A DNA stretch of 64,000 nt from an uncultured Christensenella sp. GTDB lineage: Bacteria > Bacillota > Clostridia > Christensenellales > UBA3700. The number at the start of each line of letters is the position of its first letter. Position 1 is the first letter of the stretch. Positions 55,834-64,000 of this stretch are shown one piece after another. The notes under the pieces were generated by a model that saw only the letters and a program-made list of their open reading frames with translations, ran no database searches and was not told the origin of the DNA. The DNA is taken from positions 2,982 to 66,981 of the forward strand of contig CATMWH010000001.1 in NCBI GenBank assembly GCA_950079155.1, written 5' to 3'. The position numbers and the translations under genes are program-made.

Positions 55834-57369
55834 TTATATTTCTTTATAACCAAGTCCTTGTTCAATAAACTTGATGAATGCCTCTTGACCTTTTTCGTCG
55901 TTCTTAAATACGGCTGTACATTCGAGAATTTGCTCGCAAGCGTCGTTGACGTAATTTGTCACAACTCTGTCGGCATAGACTCTGTCGCGGTTGGAACCGT
56001 GGTCGTTGACGAGTTGAATGATTGTTTGCGCGTGTTTGAACATTGGGTTTTCGGAATCGCTCAACTCTTTGAAGTCGATATTTTTATTTCCTGTCAGGTA
56101 ATCTTTTATTACTTCAAGTTCGGTTTTCAGTCTGCCGGGGAGAATAAATAGACCCATTACTTCGATTATGCCAATTCCTTCTTTCTTGATGTTATGCAAT
56201 CTCTCTTCCGGGTGGAAGATTCCGTAAGGATGCGCTTCGTCGGTGCGGTTGTTGCGAAGAATCATATCTATGATATACGTTTCACCTTCTTTTCGGGCAA
56301 TAGGCGTGACAGCGTTGTGTTGTTCGGAGGTCTTGCAAATCACATTGACGCTTTCGTCTGTCCAAGTTGCCCAGCAATTCAGCACGTCGCTTGCTACTTC
56401 GTGCACTTGAAATTTACTTTTGCCGCTTACTCTTACTACGCTGTTGTACCAATTGGCAATACTTACGGATACGTCTTTATATTTTTCGCTGACATAGTTT
56501 TTGCGAGTTCCGACTGCAAACATCGGCAAGACTTTGCTTCCGCCTTGATAATGGTCGTGCGTGAGTATCGAGCCGCCTACGATTGGCAATGCTGCGTTTG
56601 AACCGATAAAGTAGTGGGGGAATAAGTCTACAAAGTCCATTAGTCTATACAACGTTTCGCTGTTGACTGCCATAGGACGATGCTCATTGGAGAGCGCAAT
56701 AATATGTTCGTGATAATACTGATAAGGCGAATATTGAATAGACCAATTTTCTCCGCCCAACTTGATTGGGATAATTCTCAAAGTTTGGCGCGCAGGATGA
56801 TTCAGATTGCCTGCATAACCCACGTTGTCAGGACACAGTAAGCAAGCAGGGTAGCCGGTCTTTGGCATAAGTTTTGCAAGGGCAATTTGCTTAGGATCTT
56901 TTTCCGGCTTTGAAAGGTTTATAGTTATTTCAATGTTTCCGAATTTACCCAAGTGTTGCCACTTGATATTTTTGCATATGTCTGCCATACGTATATAGTT
57001 GTTGGCAATAGACAGATTGAAGAGCCAATCCGTCGCAGACTGAACGCCTTTATTCGAGGCAATAGCATCAAACTTATCCACTACGCTTGAGGGAGACGGC
57101 GTAACTACGCCCAATAATTTGGTTTCAAAGAGCAACTTTTCCTCTTCTTTTGCCATACCGTTTTGCACTGCATAATCTACTATCGGGTCAATAATTTCGC
57201 TCTGAAAGTCGCTGTATGGCTCACATTCTTGAGCGGGCGCGCCCAATGAAAACATATCAAGCAGAGTATTTGTGACAAATGCCTCGTCTTCTGCGCGAAG
57301 AGACAAGTTATCTTTGGCATAATCCACAAGTTGTTTTAGTTTTGATTTTAAAGTATTTTGATCTATCAT
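55834..57369 (-). CDS. galT: Galactose-1-phosphate uridylyltransferase, type 2 (Firmicutes-type)
   Basis: 511 aa. The length and layout match the type-2 GalT family (PACLLCPDNVGY ... HDHYQGG). Confidence 0.9.
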   Translation of the reverse strand: MIDQNTLKSKLKQLVDYAKDNLSLRAEDEAFVTNTLLDMFSLGAPAQECEPYSDFQSEIIDPIVDYAVQNGMAKEEEKLLFETKLLGVVTPSPSSVVDKFDAIASNKGVQSATDWLFNLSIANNYIRMADICKNIKWQHLGKFGNIEITINLSKPEKDPKQIALAKLMPKTGYPACLLCPDNVGYAGNLNHPARQTLRIIPIKLGGENWSIQYSPYQYYHEHIIALSNEHRPMAVNSETLYRLMDFVDLFPHYFIGSNAALPIVGGSILTHDHYQGGSKVLPMFAVGTRKNYVSEKYKDVSVSIANWYNSVVRVSGKSKFQVHEVASDVLNCWATWTDESVNVICKTSEQHNAVTPIARKEGETYIIDMILRNNRTDEAHPYGIFHPEERLHNIKKEGIGIIEVMGLFILPGRLKTELEVIKDYLTGNKNIDFKELSDSENPMFKHAQTIIQLVNDHGSNRDRVYADRVVTNYVNDACEQILECTAVFKNDEKGQEAFIKFIEQGLGYKEI

Positions 57370-57644
57370 AAAAAACCTCGCAAAGTTGTTGAATAATGTT
57401 AAAAATTCTTATTTATATTATAGTATACTTAAAAAAAATTTGCAATACTTACGACGTAGAATACTAAATTTATTTGTAAGTTTATTTATAAAATACGCAA
57501 GCCTAATTTTTTCCGAAATAAATATTTTCCTTAACATTGTTGAAAAAAATATATTCAATTAAACTATTTACAATATAATTCTACTGTGCTATAATATCTT
57601 TGAGTAAATTGGTACTACTTAAATTTAAAAATTATGAGGTAATT

Positions 57645-58904
57645 ATGGCTGACAGAAAATCTATCGAAAATTTGCCAACCAGCGTAGAATTTGCTGACGT
57701 TGTTCAAAAATTTTACGGAGAAGACAAGTTGCAATATCAAATCAAAAGATATCAAGATTTATACGATATACATAGTAAAAAATACGGCGAGGGCGGAGTT
57801 TTCTATTCGTCTCCCGGCAGAATCGAAGTTTGCGGTAATCATACTGACCATAATAACGGAAAAGTGCTTTGCGCGTCTATTTCTGTAGACACGCTTGCTT
57901 GCGTTACGCCTTGTGAAGGCAAAGTAATCATAGAATCAATAGGATTTTCTCCCATTGAAGTATCGCTCAACGATTTTATTTCGAGAAAAAACGAAGAAGG
58001 CAACGCAGTTGCTCTCGTAAGAGGTATTTTGGCATATTTCAAGATAAGCGGATTGAAGATAGGAGGTTTTTGCGCGACGACCACAAGCGACGTTTTCAGA
58101 GGCGCAGGAGTTTCTTCTTCGGCTTGTTTTGAGGTGCTGATTTGCGAAATACTCAATCAGATGTTCAACGGCGGCGTTGTAGATAAATTTACGAAGGCAA
58201 AAGCCTCGCATTTTGCCGAGACGGAGTATTTTGGCAAGCCGTGCGGGCTTTTGGATCAAAGCGCAATATCTTTTGGCGGAGTGAGTTATATAGATTTCAG
58301 ATCTACAAAAGATCCGATATTCAAATCTATTGACTGGAAATTTGATAATCTTAATATCGTATTGATTAATACCGGCGGAGATCATAGTGATTTAACGGAG
58401 CAATACGCAAGTATAAGATTGGAAATGGAAGAAGTCGCAAAAGCTATGGGCGGGAAGAAACTTCGCAAGATTAAAGAAAAAGACTTTTATGAGGCTATTC
58501 CTACGCTTCAACAGAAACTGTCTGGCAGAGCGATTTTGAGAGCAATGCACTTCTATGACGAAAACAAGCGCGTAGATGTCTGCGCAAAGGCTGTCAAGAA
58601 GAGCAATGAGCGTAAGTTTTGCGATATGATAAATGCGTCGGGTGAGAGTTCGTACACAATGTTGCAAAACTGTTATCCTTACGGCGATTTGACGCAGAGA
58701 ATACCGCTTGCTATCAATTTGAGCAAAAAGAGCGACGGAGTAAAAGCGGTGAGAGTTCACGGCGGCGGATTTGCCGGTACGATCATCTCGTATGTTGAAA
58801 AGAATAAATGCGACGCTTACGTAGACAGAATGAAATCAATTTTCGGCAATGACAGCGTGTTTGTCATAGGCGTGCGTAACGACGGTACGACAAAGGTGTT
58901 CTAA
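57645..58904 (+). CDS. galK: Galactokinase (GHMP kinase)
   Basis: ATG at 57645 lies behind tgaggt. Galactokinase signature GRIEVCGNHTDHNNG and GHMP motif GAGVSSSA. Confidence 0.85.
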   Translation: MADRKSIENLPTSVEFADVVQKFYGEDKLQYQIKRYQDLYDIHSKKYGEGGVFYSSPGRIEVCGNHTDHNNGKVLCASISVDTLACVTPCEGKVIIESIGFSPIEVSLNDFISRKNEEGNAVALVRGILAYFKISGLKIGGFCATTTSDVFRGAGVSSSACFEVLICEILNQMFNGGVVDKFTKAKASHFAETEYFGKPCGLLDQSAISFGGVSYIDFRSTKDPIFKSIDWKFDNLNIVLINTGGDHSDLTEQYASIRLEMEEVAKAMGGKKLRKIKEKDFYEAIPTLQQKLSGRAILRAMHFYDENKRVDVCAKAVKKSNERKFCDMINASGESSYTMLQNCYPYGDLTQRIPLAINLSKKSDGVKAVRVHGGGFAGTIISYVEKNKCDAYVDRMKSIFGNDSVFVIGVRNDGTTKVF

Positions 58905-59938
58905 TGCAAAGTTTACTTGCAATCGACAGAGTAGCGTTTACGTTGTTTGGCAATCCCATATACTGGTATGGCATTGTCATTACTCTAGGTATAATCCTTG
59001 CTTTTTGTCTATATCTTTTACTTGCTTATAAGAGAAAGATAGACTTTGATTTTTCATTGGAATTGTTTATATGGGTAATTCCAATGGCAGTAATTTTTTG
59101 CAGAGTTTTTTACGTTGTTCCGAGAATTGGAGAGGAGTATTCGTTGTCTTCTTGGCAAGGCTTTGTTGACGCAATTGATATTTCGGGCGGTGGACTTACC
59201 ATTATAGGAGGTATTTTCGGCGGCGCTTTCGGGGTATTTTTCTGTTGTTTGCGCAACAAAAAGTACTCGCTTATGCGAGTGGCTGACTGTGTGGTCATTG
59301 CGGTATTGCTAGGTCAGATAATAGGCAGATGGGGGAATTTCTTTAATCAAGAACTTTACGGTGTGGAAGTGACCAACGAGGCGCTTCAGCGTTTGCCGTT
59401 TGCAGTATTCATTGAGAGCACGGGCAAGTGGCATTATGCTTCATTCTTCTTTGAAGGCACGCTCAACGCAATTGGTCTGGCAATAGCGCTGGTAATGTAT
59501 TTTGTGCCGAAGAAACCTCTCAAGAATGGTACTTTTTCAATATTCTATCTGGGGTGGTACGGCTTAGTGAGAGGCTCTCTTGAATTTATCAAAGACGGCA
59601 ATCCGGTTACTTTTGGCAATTCCGACGTCAAAGTCGTGCAGGTAATATGCTATATCGCATTTATTGTTTGCATAGTACTACAGATATTATTGCAATATGG
59701 AAAAATAAGTTTCGAGACAAAGTGGTTTGAGAAAATGTGCGAAAGTAAACTAAGCGTTACCTGTCAAAAAGTGCGAAAGGTACGATTGATTTCGGCAGAT
59801 ACTGCGACGGCTTGTGAAAATTCTGAAGCACAAGGCGGAAATAACGCTGAAGAAGTAAGCGCCGTCGGTCAATTTGCAGTACTTGAAGAAATCAAGTATA
59901 AAAAAAGCGTTGACAAAGATGACAAATCACTTTTATAA
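58904..59938 (+). CDS. lgt: Prolipoprotein diacylglyceryl transferase with a C-terminal hydrophilic extension of about 80 aa
   Basis: 344 aa. YWYGIVITLGI and GRWGNFFNQELYG. TAATG start/stop overlap with galK. Confidence 0.85.
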   Translation: MQSLLAIDRVAFTLFGNPIYWYGIVITLGIILAFCLYLLLAYKRKIDFDFSLELFIWVIPMAVIFCRVFYVVPRIGEEYSLSSWQGFVDAIDISGGGLTIIGGIFGGAFGVFFCCLRNKKYSLMRVADCVVIAVLLGQIIGRWGNFFNQELYGVEVTNEALQRLPFAVFIESTGKWHYASFFFEGTLNAIGLAIALVMYFVPKKPLKNGTFSIFYLGWYGLVRGSLEFIKDGNPVTFGNSDVKVVQVICYIAFIVCIVLQILLQYGKISFETKWFEKMCESKLSVTCQKVRKVRLISADTATACENSEAQGGNNAEEVSAVGQFAVLEEIKYKKSVDKDDKSLL

Positions 59939-59977
59939 CAGTGATTAAAGCGAATAAATAAAATATACGATAAGAGA

Positions 59978-60016
59978 TTGACAAAAATATGGCAAAGTTG
60001 TATAATTTTGCCATAT
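59978..60016 (+). promoter_or_regulatory. Consensus promoter of pncB with a 10-bp perfect inverted repeat bracketing the -10 box (candidate operator)
   Basis: TTGACA (59978-59983), a 17-nt spacer, then TATAAT (60001-60006). Inverted repeat arms are atatggcaaa (59987-59996) and tttgccatat (60007-60016). Confidence 0.6.
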
Positions 60017-60107
60017 AATTTATGCAAAAGATTAGGCATATACGCTGCGGTTATGGACGAGTTGTTCAGCCTCACCGAGTATTCGGCATAAAAAACTAGG
60101 AGCAAGA

Positions 60108-61535
60108 ATGAGAAATTTGACTTTATTGACTGACTTGTATCAGTTGACTATGATGTATGGTTACAGCAAAAACAAGCAGATGGACGAATTTGCGATTTTC
60201 GATGTTTTTTATAGAGGAGTTGGCAACAATTACGCTATTGCCTGCGGTTTGGAGCAAGTAGTAGATTATATACTCAATCTTAAATTCAGCGAAGACGATA
60301 TCGCATACCTAAGATCTCTTGGCATTTTTGACGAAGAGTTTTTGACTCTTCTTAAAAACTTTAAATTCAACGGCGACGTTTATGCGGTTCCTGAAGGTAC
60401 AGTAGTATTTCCGCAAGAGCCTATTCTTACTGTCAGAGCAAGAATGTTTGAGGCGCAGTTTATAGAGACGGCTATACTTTGCATACTCAATCACCAGACG
60501 CTTATTGCAACCAAGGCTGCAAAGGTAGTATATGCTGCAAAGGGCGGAGCAGTCGCAGAATTTGGCTTGCGCCGCGCTCAAGGACCCGACGCGGGTATAT
60601 ACGGAGCAAGGGCGGCAATGATCGCAGGCTGTCAGTCGACTTCCAACGTGTTGGCAGGCAAGATGTTTGACGTGCCCGTATCAGGTACGCACGCTCACAG
60701 TTGGGTAATGAGTTTTCCAAGCGAATTGGACGCGTTCAGAGCGTACGCAAAGATATATCCTGACAAGTGTATGTTGCTTTGCGATACTTACGACACTCTC
60801 GGTAGCGGCGTGCCCAACGCAATCACAGTGTTTAAAGAGTTGAGGGCGCAAGGACACGAGCCTATAGGAATAAGACTTGACAGCGGAGATTTGGCATATC
60901 TGTCGAGAGAGGCAAGAAAGATGCTTGATGAAGCAGGTTTTCCCGACGCCAAGATTTGCGCAAGCGGAGATATTGACGAAAATGTATTGCAGTCCCTTGC
61001 AACGCAGAATGCTTGCATAGACACTTGGGGTATAGGTACAAAACTCATTACGAGTATGGATTGTCCAAGCCTTGGCGGCGTATATAAACTTGCGGGAATA
61101 GAAACCGACGGAGTATTATGCCCCAAAATGAAGATGAGCGACACTCCGGCCAAAATTACCAATCCCGGATATAAAAAAGTAGTTAGACTTTACGACAAGA
61201 ATACTAATAAGGCAATTGCCGATCTCATTGCGCTCAAAGACGAAAACTTTGACGGAATTGATGAACTTGAAATTTTCCATCCTGACTTCTCCTGGAAGAG
61301 AAAAAAGGTCACGGGATTTTATGCAAAAGAACTTGGCAAGCAGATTATCAAGGACGGAAAGTTGGTGTACGATTTGCCTTCCGTAATGGATATTGCAAAG
61401 TATCATAAGCAAAGTTACGGTGAATTTTGGAATGAGTACAAGCGTATGCTCAATCCGCATCTCTATAAGGTAGACCTTTCACAAAAACTCTATGACCTTA
61501 AACAAAAGTTGATCAAAGAGAATAAGAAGGCATAG
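60108..61535 (+). CDS. pncB: Nicotinate phosphoribosyltransferase
   Basis: 475 aa. LLTDLYQLTM ... EFGLRRAQG ... SGTHAHSW ... RLDSGDL. Confidence 0.9.
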   Translation: MRNLTLLTDLYQLTMMYGYSKNKQMDEFAIFDVFYRGVGNNYAIACGLEQVVDYILNLKFSEDDIAYLRSLGIFDEEFLTLLKNFKFNGDVYAVPEGTVVFPQEPILTVRARMFEAQFIETAILCILNHQTLIATKAAKVVYAAKGGAVAEFGLRRAQGPDAGIYGARAAMIAGCQSTSNVLAGKMFDVPVSGTHAHSWVMSFPSELDAFRAYAKIYPDKCMLLCDTYDTLGSGVPNAITVFKELRAQGHEPIGIRLDSGDLAYLSREARKMLDEAGFPDAKICASGDIDENVLQSLATQNACIDTWGIGTKLITSMDCPSLGGVYKLAGIETDGVLCPKMKMSDTPAKITNPGYKKVVRLYDKNTNKAIADLIALKDENFDGIDELEIFHPDFSWKRKKVTGFYAKELGKQIIKDGKLVYDLPSVMDIAKYHKQSYGEFWNEYKRMLNPHLYKVDLSQKLYDLKQKLIKENKKA

Positions 61536-61583
61536 CGCGCGGACAAACTTTTGACAGATATCAACAAAAATAGCAAAAATAAT

Positions 61584-61616
61584 GAGTTATCGGCAATGTC
61601 GATAACTCTTTTTTGT
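61584..61616 (+). terminator. Rho-independent terminator after pncB
   Basis: Stem gagttatcg (61584-61592) / cgataactc (61600-61608), followed by ttttttgtttt. Confidence 0.8.
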
Positions 61617-61691
61617 TTTATAATTATCTAGACTTCATTGAATAATCAATGTCACTTTGAACAGATGAAGTAATATCAAAAGGTATTAAAC

Positions 61692-61734
61692 GTCAACTTG
61701 AGCGAAACGAAGTGAAGTCGAAAGGTTTCAACAG
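61692..61734 (+). repeat. Family-1 dispersed repeat copy (diverged)
   Basis: gtcaacttgagcgaaacgaagtgaagtcgaaaggtttcaacag. Confidence 0.5.
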
Positions 61735-61762
61735 ATTAAATATATTAAAAAGGAGCAAAACA

Positions 61763-62242
61763 ATGAGCAATTTTTCTGTGGTACGAAAGGGATACGACAA
61801 GGCGCAAGTACAAGAGTATATCAAAATGCAAGCGGATAAATATGAGAGTACGATATTGGGATTGAGAGACAGAATCGAAGGACTTACGAGAGAAAACAAG
61901 GATTTGCGAGGCAAAGTCGACGAACTCAAAAAGGAGCAAGACAACATCAATATTGCTCTTACGCAAGCAATAGATAAGGCAAAGAATATTGAATATTCTT
62001 CCAAGGTCAAATTTGCGCTAGAGGGGGAGCGTCTCAAGATTTTTTCCTCCAAATGGCAGTCATATTGCAAAGCCAACGTCAAGTCTGTCGATAAGGATCA
62101 ACGTGAAGGCGTAATATCAAAACTTAAAGAATACGAAGAAGAACTTGTAGAACTTATGAGCAAAGAACTAAATATAAGCGATTATGTCAACGATGCAGAC
62201 CAAGACTTTTTTTCAGAGAGCCGTCGTCTAAAACGCAATTAG
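61763..62242 (+). CDS. DivIVA-domain protein
   Basis: ATG at 61763 lies behind aaggag. N-terminus FSVVRKGYDKAQVQEYI (DivIVA N-domain signature), followed by a coiled coil. The track start at 61712 lies inside a repeat element. Confidence 0.8.
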   Translation: MSNFSVVRKGYDKAQVQEYIKMQADKYESTILGLRDRIEGLTRENKDLRGKVDELKKEQDNINIALTQAIDKAKNIEYSSKVKFALEGERLKIFSSKWQSYCKANVKSVDKDQREGVISKLKEYEEELVELMSKELNISDYVNDADQDFFSESRRLKRN

Positions 62243-62269
62243 ACTTTAACAAATAAATTATTATTTACC

Positions 62270-62299
62270 AAAATCTGCCAATGTATGTTGGCGGATTTT
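62270..62299 (+). terminator. Rho-independent terminator after the DivIVA-domain gene
   Basis: Stem aaaatctgccaa / ttggcggatttt (one G:U pair) with loop tgtatg. Confidence 0.65.
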
Positions 62300-62329
62300 G
62301 GCAATTTTCAGTCTATTTATTTTATAGTA

Positions 62330-62358
62330 TTGACATAAGAAAAAAAACTATATATAAT
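62330..62358 (+). promoter_or_regulatory. Perfect-consensus sigma-A-type promoter
   Basis: TTGACA (62330-62335), a 17-nt spacer, then TATAAT (62353-62358). It lies about 165 nt upstream of the 62525 start. Confidence 0.6.
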
Positions 62359-62524
62359 AATCATATAAGATATATTTACTTATTAATAAATTATCTGTTA
62401 TATAAAATAACACTAAAGAATAAGTATAAAAATTTTCTTGACATTAATAACTCATTTTGTATGCAATAAGTTTTCTATTTCGTCATATAGACTGTTAATA
62501 TTGGTGACTTAAGAGGAGAAGATT

Positions 62525-63205
62525 ATGACAAGAGGTAAAGTAATTACAGCAAAAGTTTTTATAGGAATTATATGTTCAGTTCTTATACTTGGCACGATTT
62601 TTATGACTACGATATTACTTATATTCAAAGATGGAAGACATTCTTTTGATAGATTATATACTCCGTATAAAAATATTTCAAATATTTGCGGTGATGATTG
62701 CGTATACGTATCCGAAAACTTTTTTTACGAAAATAATTTAGATATACCCACACCAAATAACATAGTTTTTTATTCAAAACGTGATTTATCGAATGCGTTC
62801 AGCGTAGAAGGGGTGTCAAGTTATTTATACGATGGACGCGCTAAAGAACTTAAATACAGTTTTGCGACAGAGAGCAATAATAATGAGCAAAAAGATAAAG
62901 TTGCCGTCATAATCACGTGCGATCCTGTAAATATCGAAAAACTTAATAATAAACAAGAATATGAAGGATATACTTTCGGCGTAGAAGTTGAGGAGTATGT
63001 TAAAGACGCCGACAGTAACGTAATTGTCTATGACTGCTCTTACGTCATAAACTTTGAGCGAAATGAAAATACGTCAAAGAAGTGTCAACTTTCGATGAAA
63101 GTAAGAATAGAACACGATAAAGAGACTCCGACTGAGAAATTCAGAGAGCGTTGCGACAAATTGTTTTATTCTTTGCTCGACAATGTTGTCTATAGAAACG
63201 TGTAG
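62525..63205 (+). CDS. Hypothetical membrane-anchored protein (paralog 1 of a tandem pair)
   Basis: 226 aa with RBS agaggag. N-terminal signal-anchor VFIGIICSVLILGTIFMTTILLIF. AT-rich codon usage. Confidence 0.7.
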   Translation: MTRGKVITAKVFIGIICSVLILGTIFMTTILLIFKDGRHSFDRLYTPYKNISNICGDDCVYVSENFFYENNLDIPTPNNIVFYSKRDLSNAFSVEGVSSYLYDGRAKELKYSFATESNNNEQKDKVAVIITCDPVNIEKLNNKQEYEGYTFGVEVEEYVKDADSNVIVYDCSYVINFERNENTSKKCQLSMKVRIEHDKETPTEKFRERCDKLFYSLLDNVVYRNV

Positions 63206-63216
63206 AGGAGGCGGAT

Positions 63217-63927
63217 ATGACAAGGATTAAAAACTGTAAAAAAGGCTTGACAGTAGGATTGATATTGACTTTGATATTAGCGATTATATTGTCGGTAGAA
63301 ATATATATCTTCTTCTGCGTAGATACGGTTAATAGCAATCGCGATACGGTCATTAAGTATGATAAATTACAAACTACGACTGCCGACGCTATGCTTTATT
63401 TATCAGATGAGTTTCTTGATGTCAATGATTTGGACATTACGCCGGTGTACGCGTATGATTACCATACTCAGACAAATAGTTTTTATAATGAATATTTAGG
63501 CGACGTAGTATTGGAATACGATACCAATAACATTGAGACTGCATTTAATAGAAATGTTATAAAAACAGATTTATACAGATATGAGTTAGTAAGTAGTTCC
63601 GACAATGGAGATATTCCGATTAGAGTGAACGTAGTGGGCGCAGTAGGAACAAATAAAAAGCATAAGTATGATAAAGAGGTCGGCAATGGCGATAAGTATG
63701 CGGTTTTAGACACAGAGTTGACAAAATACTTTACCGGCATAGGAAAATCTTATGAGATAAAAGGGCAAGTGGGCAAGGTTGGTTTGATTAAGAAATATAG
63801 CAGACTTAAAATAACTGTCACTGTCGACGCTCAAAATGTCAATAACTATACGCAAGAGCAAATAGAGGAGAGGGTAGACGCAGTTCTCGCTTCGGCGTTG
63901 AAATATGTGCAAAGATACGGAGATTAA
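63217..63927 (+). CDS. Hypothetical membrane-anchored protein (paralog 2 of a tandem pair)
   Basis: 236 aa with RBS gaggagg. Signal-anchor LTVGLILTLILAIILSVEIYIFF. Shares YLSDEFLDVNDLDIT with the YVSENFFYENNLDIP of the upstream gene, and both carry a C-terminal E-x-x-x-ER-x-D helix. Confidence 0.7.
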   Translation: MTRIKNCKKGLTVGLILTLILAIILSVEIYIFFCVDTVNSNRDTVIKYDKLQTTTADAMLYLSDEFLDVNDLDITPVYAYDYHTQTNSFYNEYLGDVVLEYDTNNIETAFNRNVIKTDLYRYELVSSSDNGDIPIRVNVVGAVGTNKKHKYDKEVGNGDKYAVLDTELTKYFTGIGKSYEIKGQVGKVGLIKKYSRLKITVTVDAQNVNNYTQEQIEERVDAVLASALKYVQRYGD

Positions 63928-63973
63928 CTGCGGAATAGTTTTAAAGATTTTATTATTGCTAATTCTAAGGCTC

Positions 63974-64000
63974 AAAAAAAGTCCTCTTGCGAGGACTTTT
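63974..64000 (+). terminator. Rho-independent terminator
   Basis: A-run, stem agtcctc / gaggact with loop ttgc, then a T-run at the window end. Confidence 0.7.

Noticed and set aside
62281-62469. A 62-aa plus-strand ORF in the AT-rich leader. ORFs at 6984-7175 and 319-549 are similar cases.
   Set aside because: It overlaps a terminator and a promoter, has extreme AT-driven composition (I/Y/K/N-rich) and has no RBS. The ORF at 319-549 is antisense to the LysR gene.
1-64000. Whole-window search for CRISPR arrays, tRNA/rRNA genes, IS elements or transposases, integrases, phage genes, and known defence systems (RM, Abi, CBASS-like and similar).
   Set aside because: None found. The short repeats are irregularly dispersed kilobases apart, so they are not CRISPR. 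I saw no GGTTCGAATCC-type tRNA T-arm signature. No ORF has transposase, integrase or nuclease-helicase hallmarks apart from the degenerate Mrr-like core at 24670-25410.

Overview
Low-GC (about 40-43% by eye) Firmicutes/Clostridia-like chromosomal segment. It is mostly housekeeping and strongly biased to the + strand. I found no rRNA, tRNA, CRISPR array, IS element, integrase or phage module.

Gene order:
- 1-4664: a LysR regulator (partial) divergent from a redox/detox cassette (hexapeptide acetyltransferase, Isf-like flavoprotein, Fe-alcohol dehydrogenase, and a flavodoxin-aldo/keto reductase fusion with a lipoprotein signal).
- 4839-6973: ktrA/ktrB-type K+ uptake genes (- strand).
- 7240-13056: a roughly 1,940-aa acidic single-pass membrane protein with six cryptic internal repeats and no recognisable family.
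- 13194-19315: PfkB kinase, TIGR03905/TSCPD protein, two hypothetical proteins, a PflX-type radical SAM gene preceded by a 43-codon basic ORF, and rlmD.
- 19320-22533: a decayed second copy of the LysR/redox cassette (LysR remnant, frameshifted AKR pseudogene, acetyltransferase, intact LysR, 5'-truncated flavodoxin).
- 22668-24400: an OmpR/HK two-component pair.
- 24670-28201: a membrane protein with an Mrr-like core, a nadD-yqeK fusion, rsfS, and ribU behind an FMN riboswitch.
- 28436-35164: tsaE, tsaB, rimI, an alpha/beta hydrolase, murF with an N-terminal membrane domain, ddl and icd.
- 35274-35406: a DnaA-box cluster.
- 35615-45655: a pur cluster (purE-C-M-N-H-D-L).
- 45864-55680: ygiQ, recX, nnr, a flavoprotein paralog, a solitary mazF, a GPH/MFS transporter, and dnaX-ybaB-recR.
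- 55834-63927: galT/galK, lgt, pncB, a DivIVA-domain protein, and two tandem paralogous membrane-anchored hypothetical proteins.

Most notable non-genic signals:
- Two families of short dispersed intergenic repeats that have colonised the pur operon spacers.
- Three perfect DnaA boxes upstream of purE.
- Perfect 10-bp inverted repeats that bracket the -10 boxes of the pncB and response-regulator promoters.

I could not identify a self-evident complete novel multi-gene system. The giant repeat protein, the repeat families and the DnaA-box cluster are the best candidates for follow-up.
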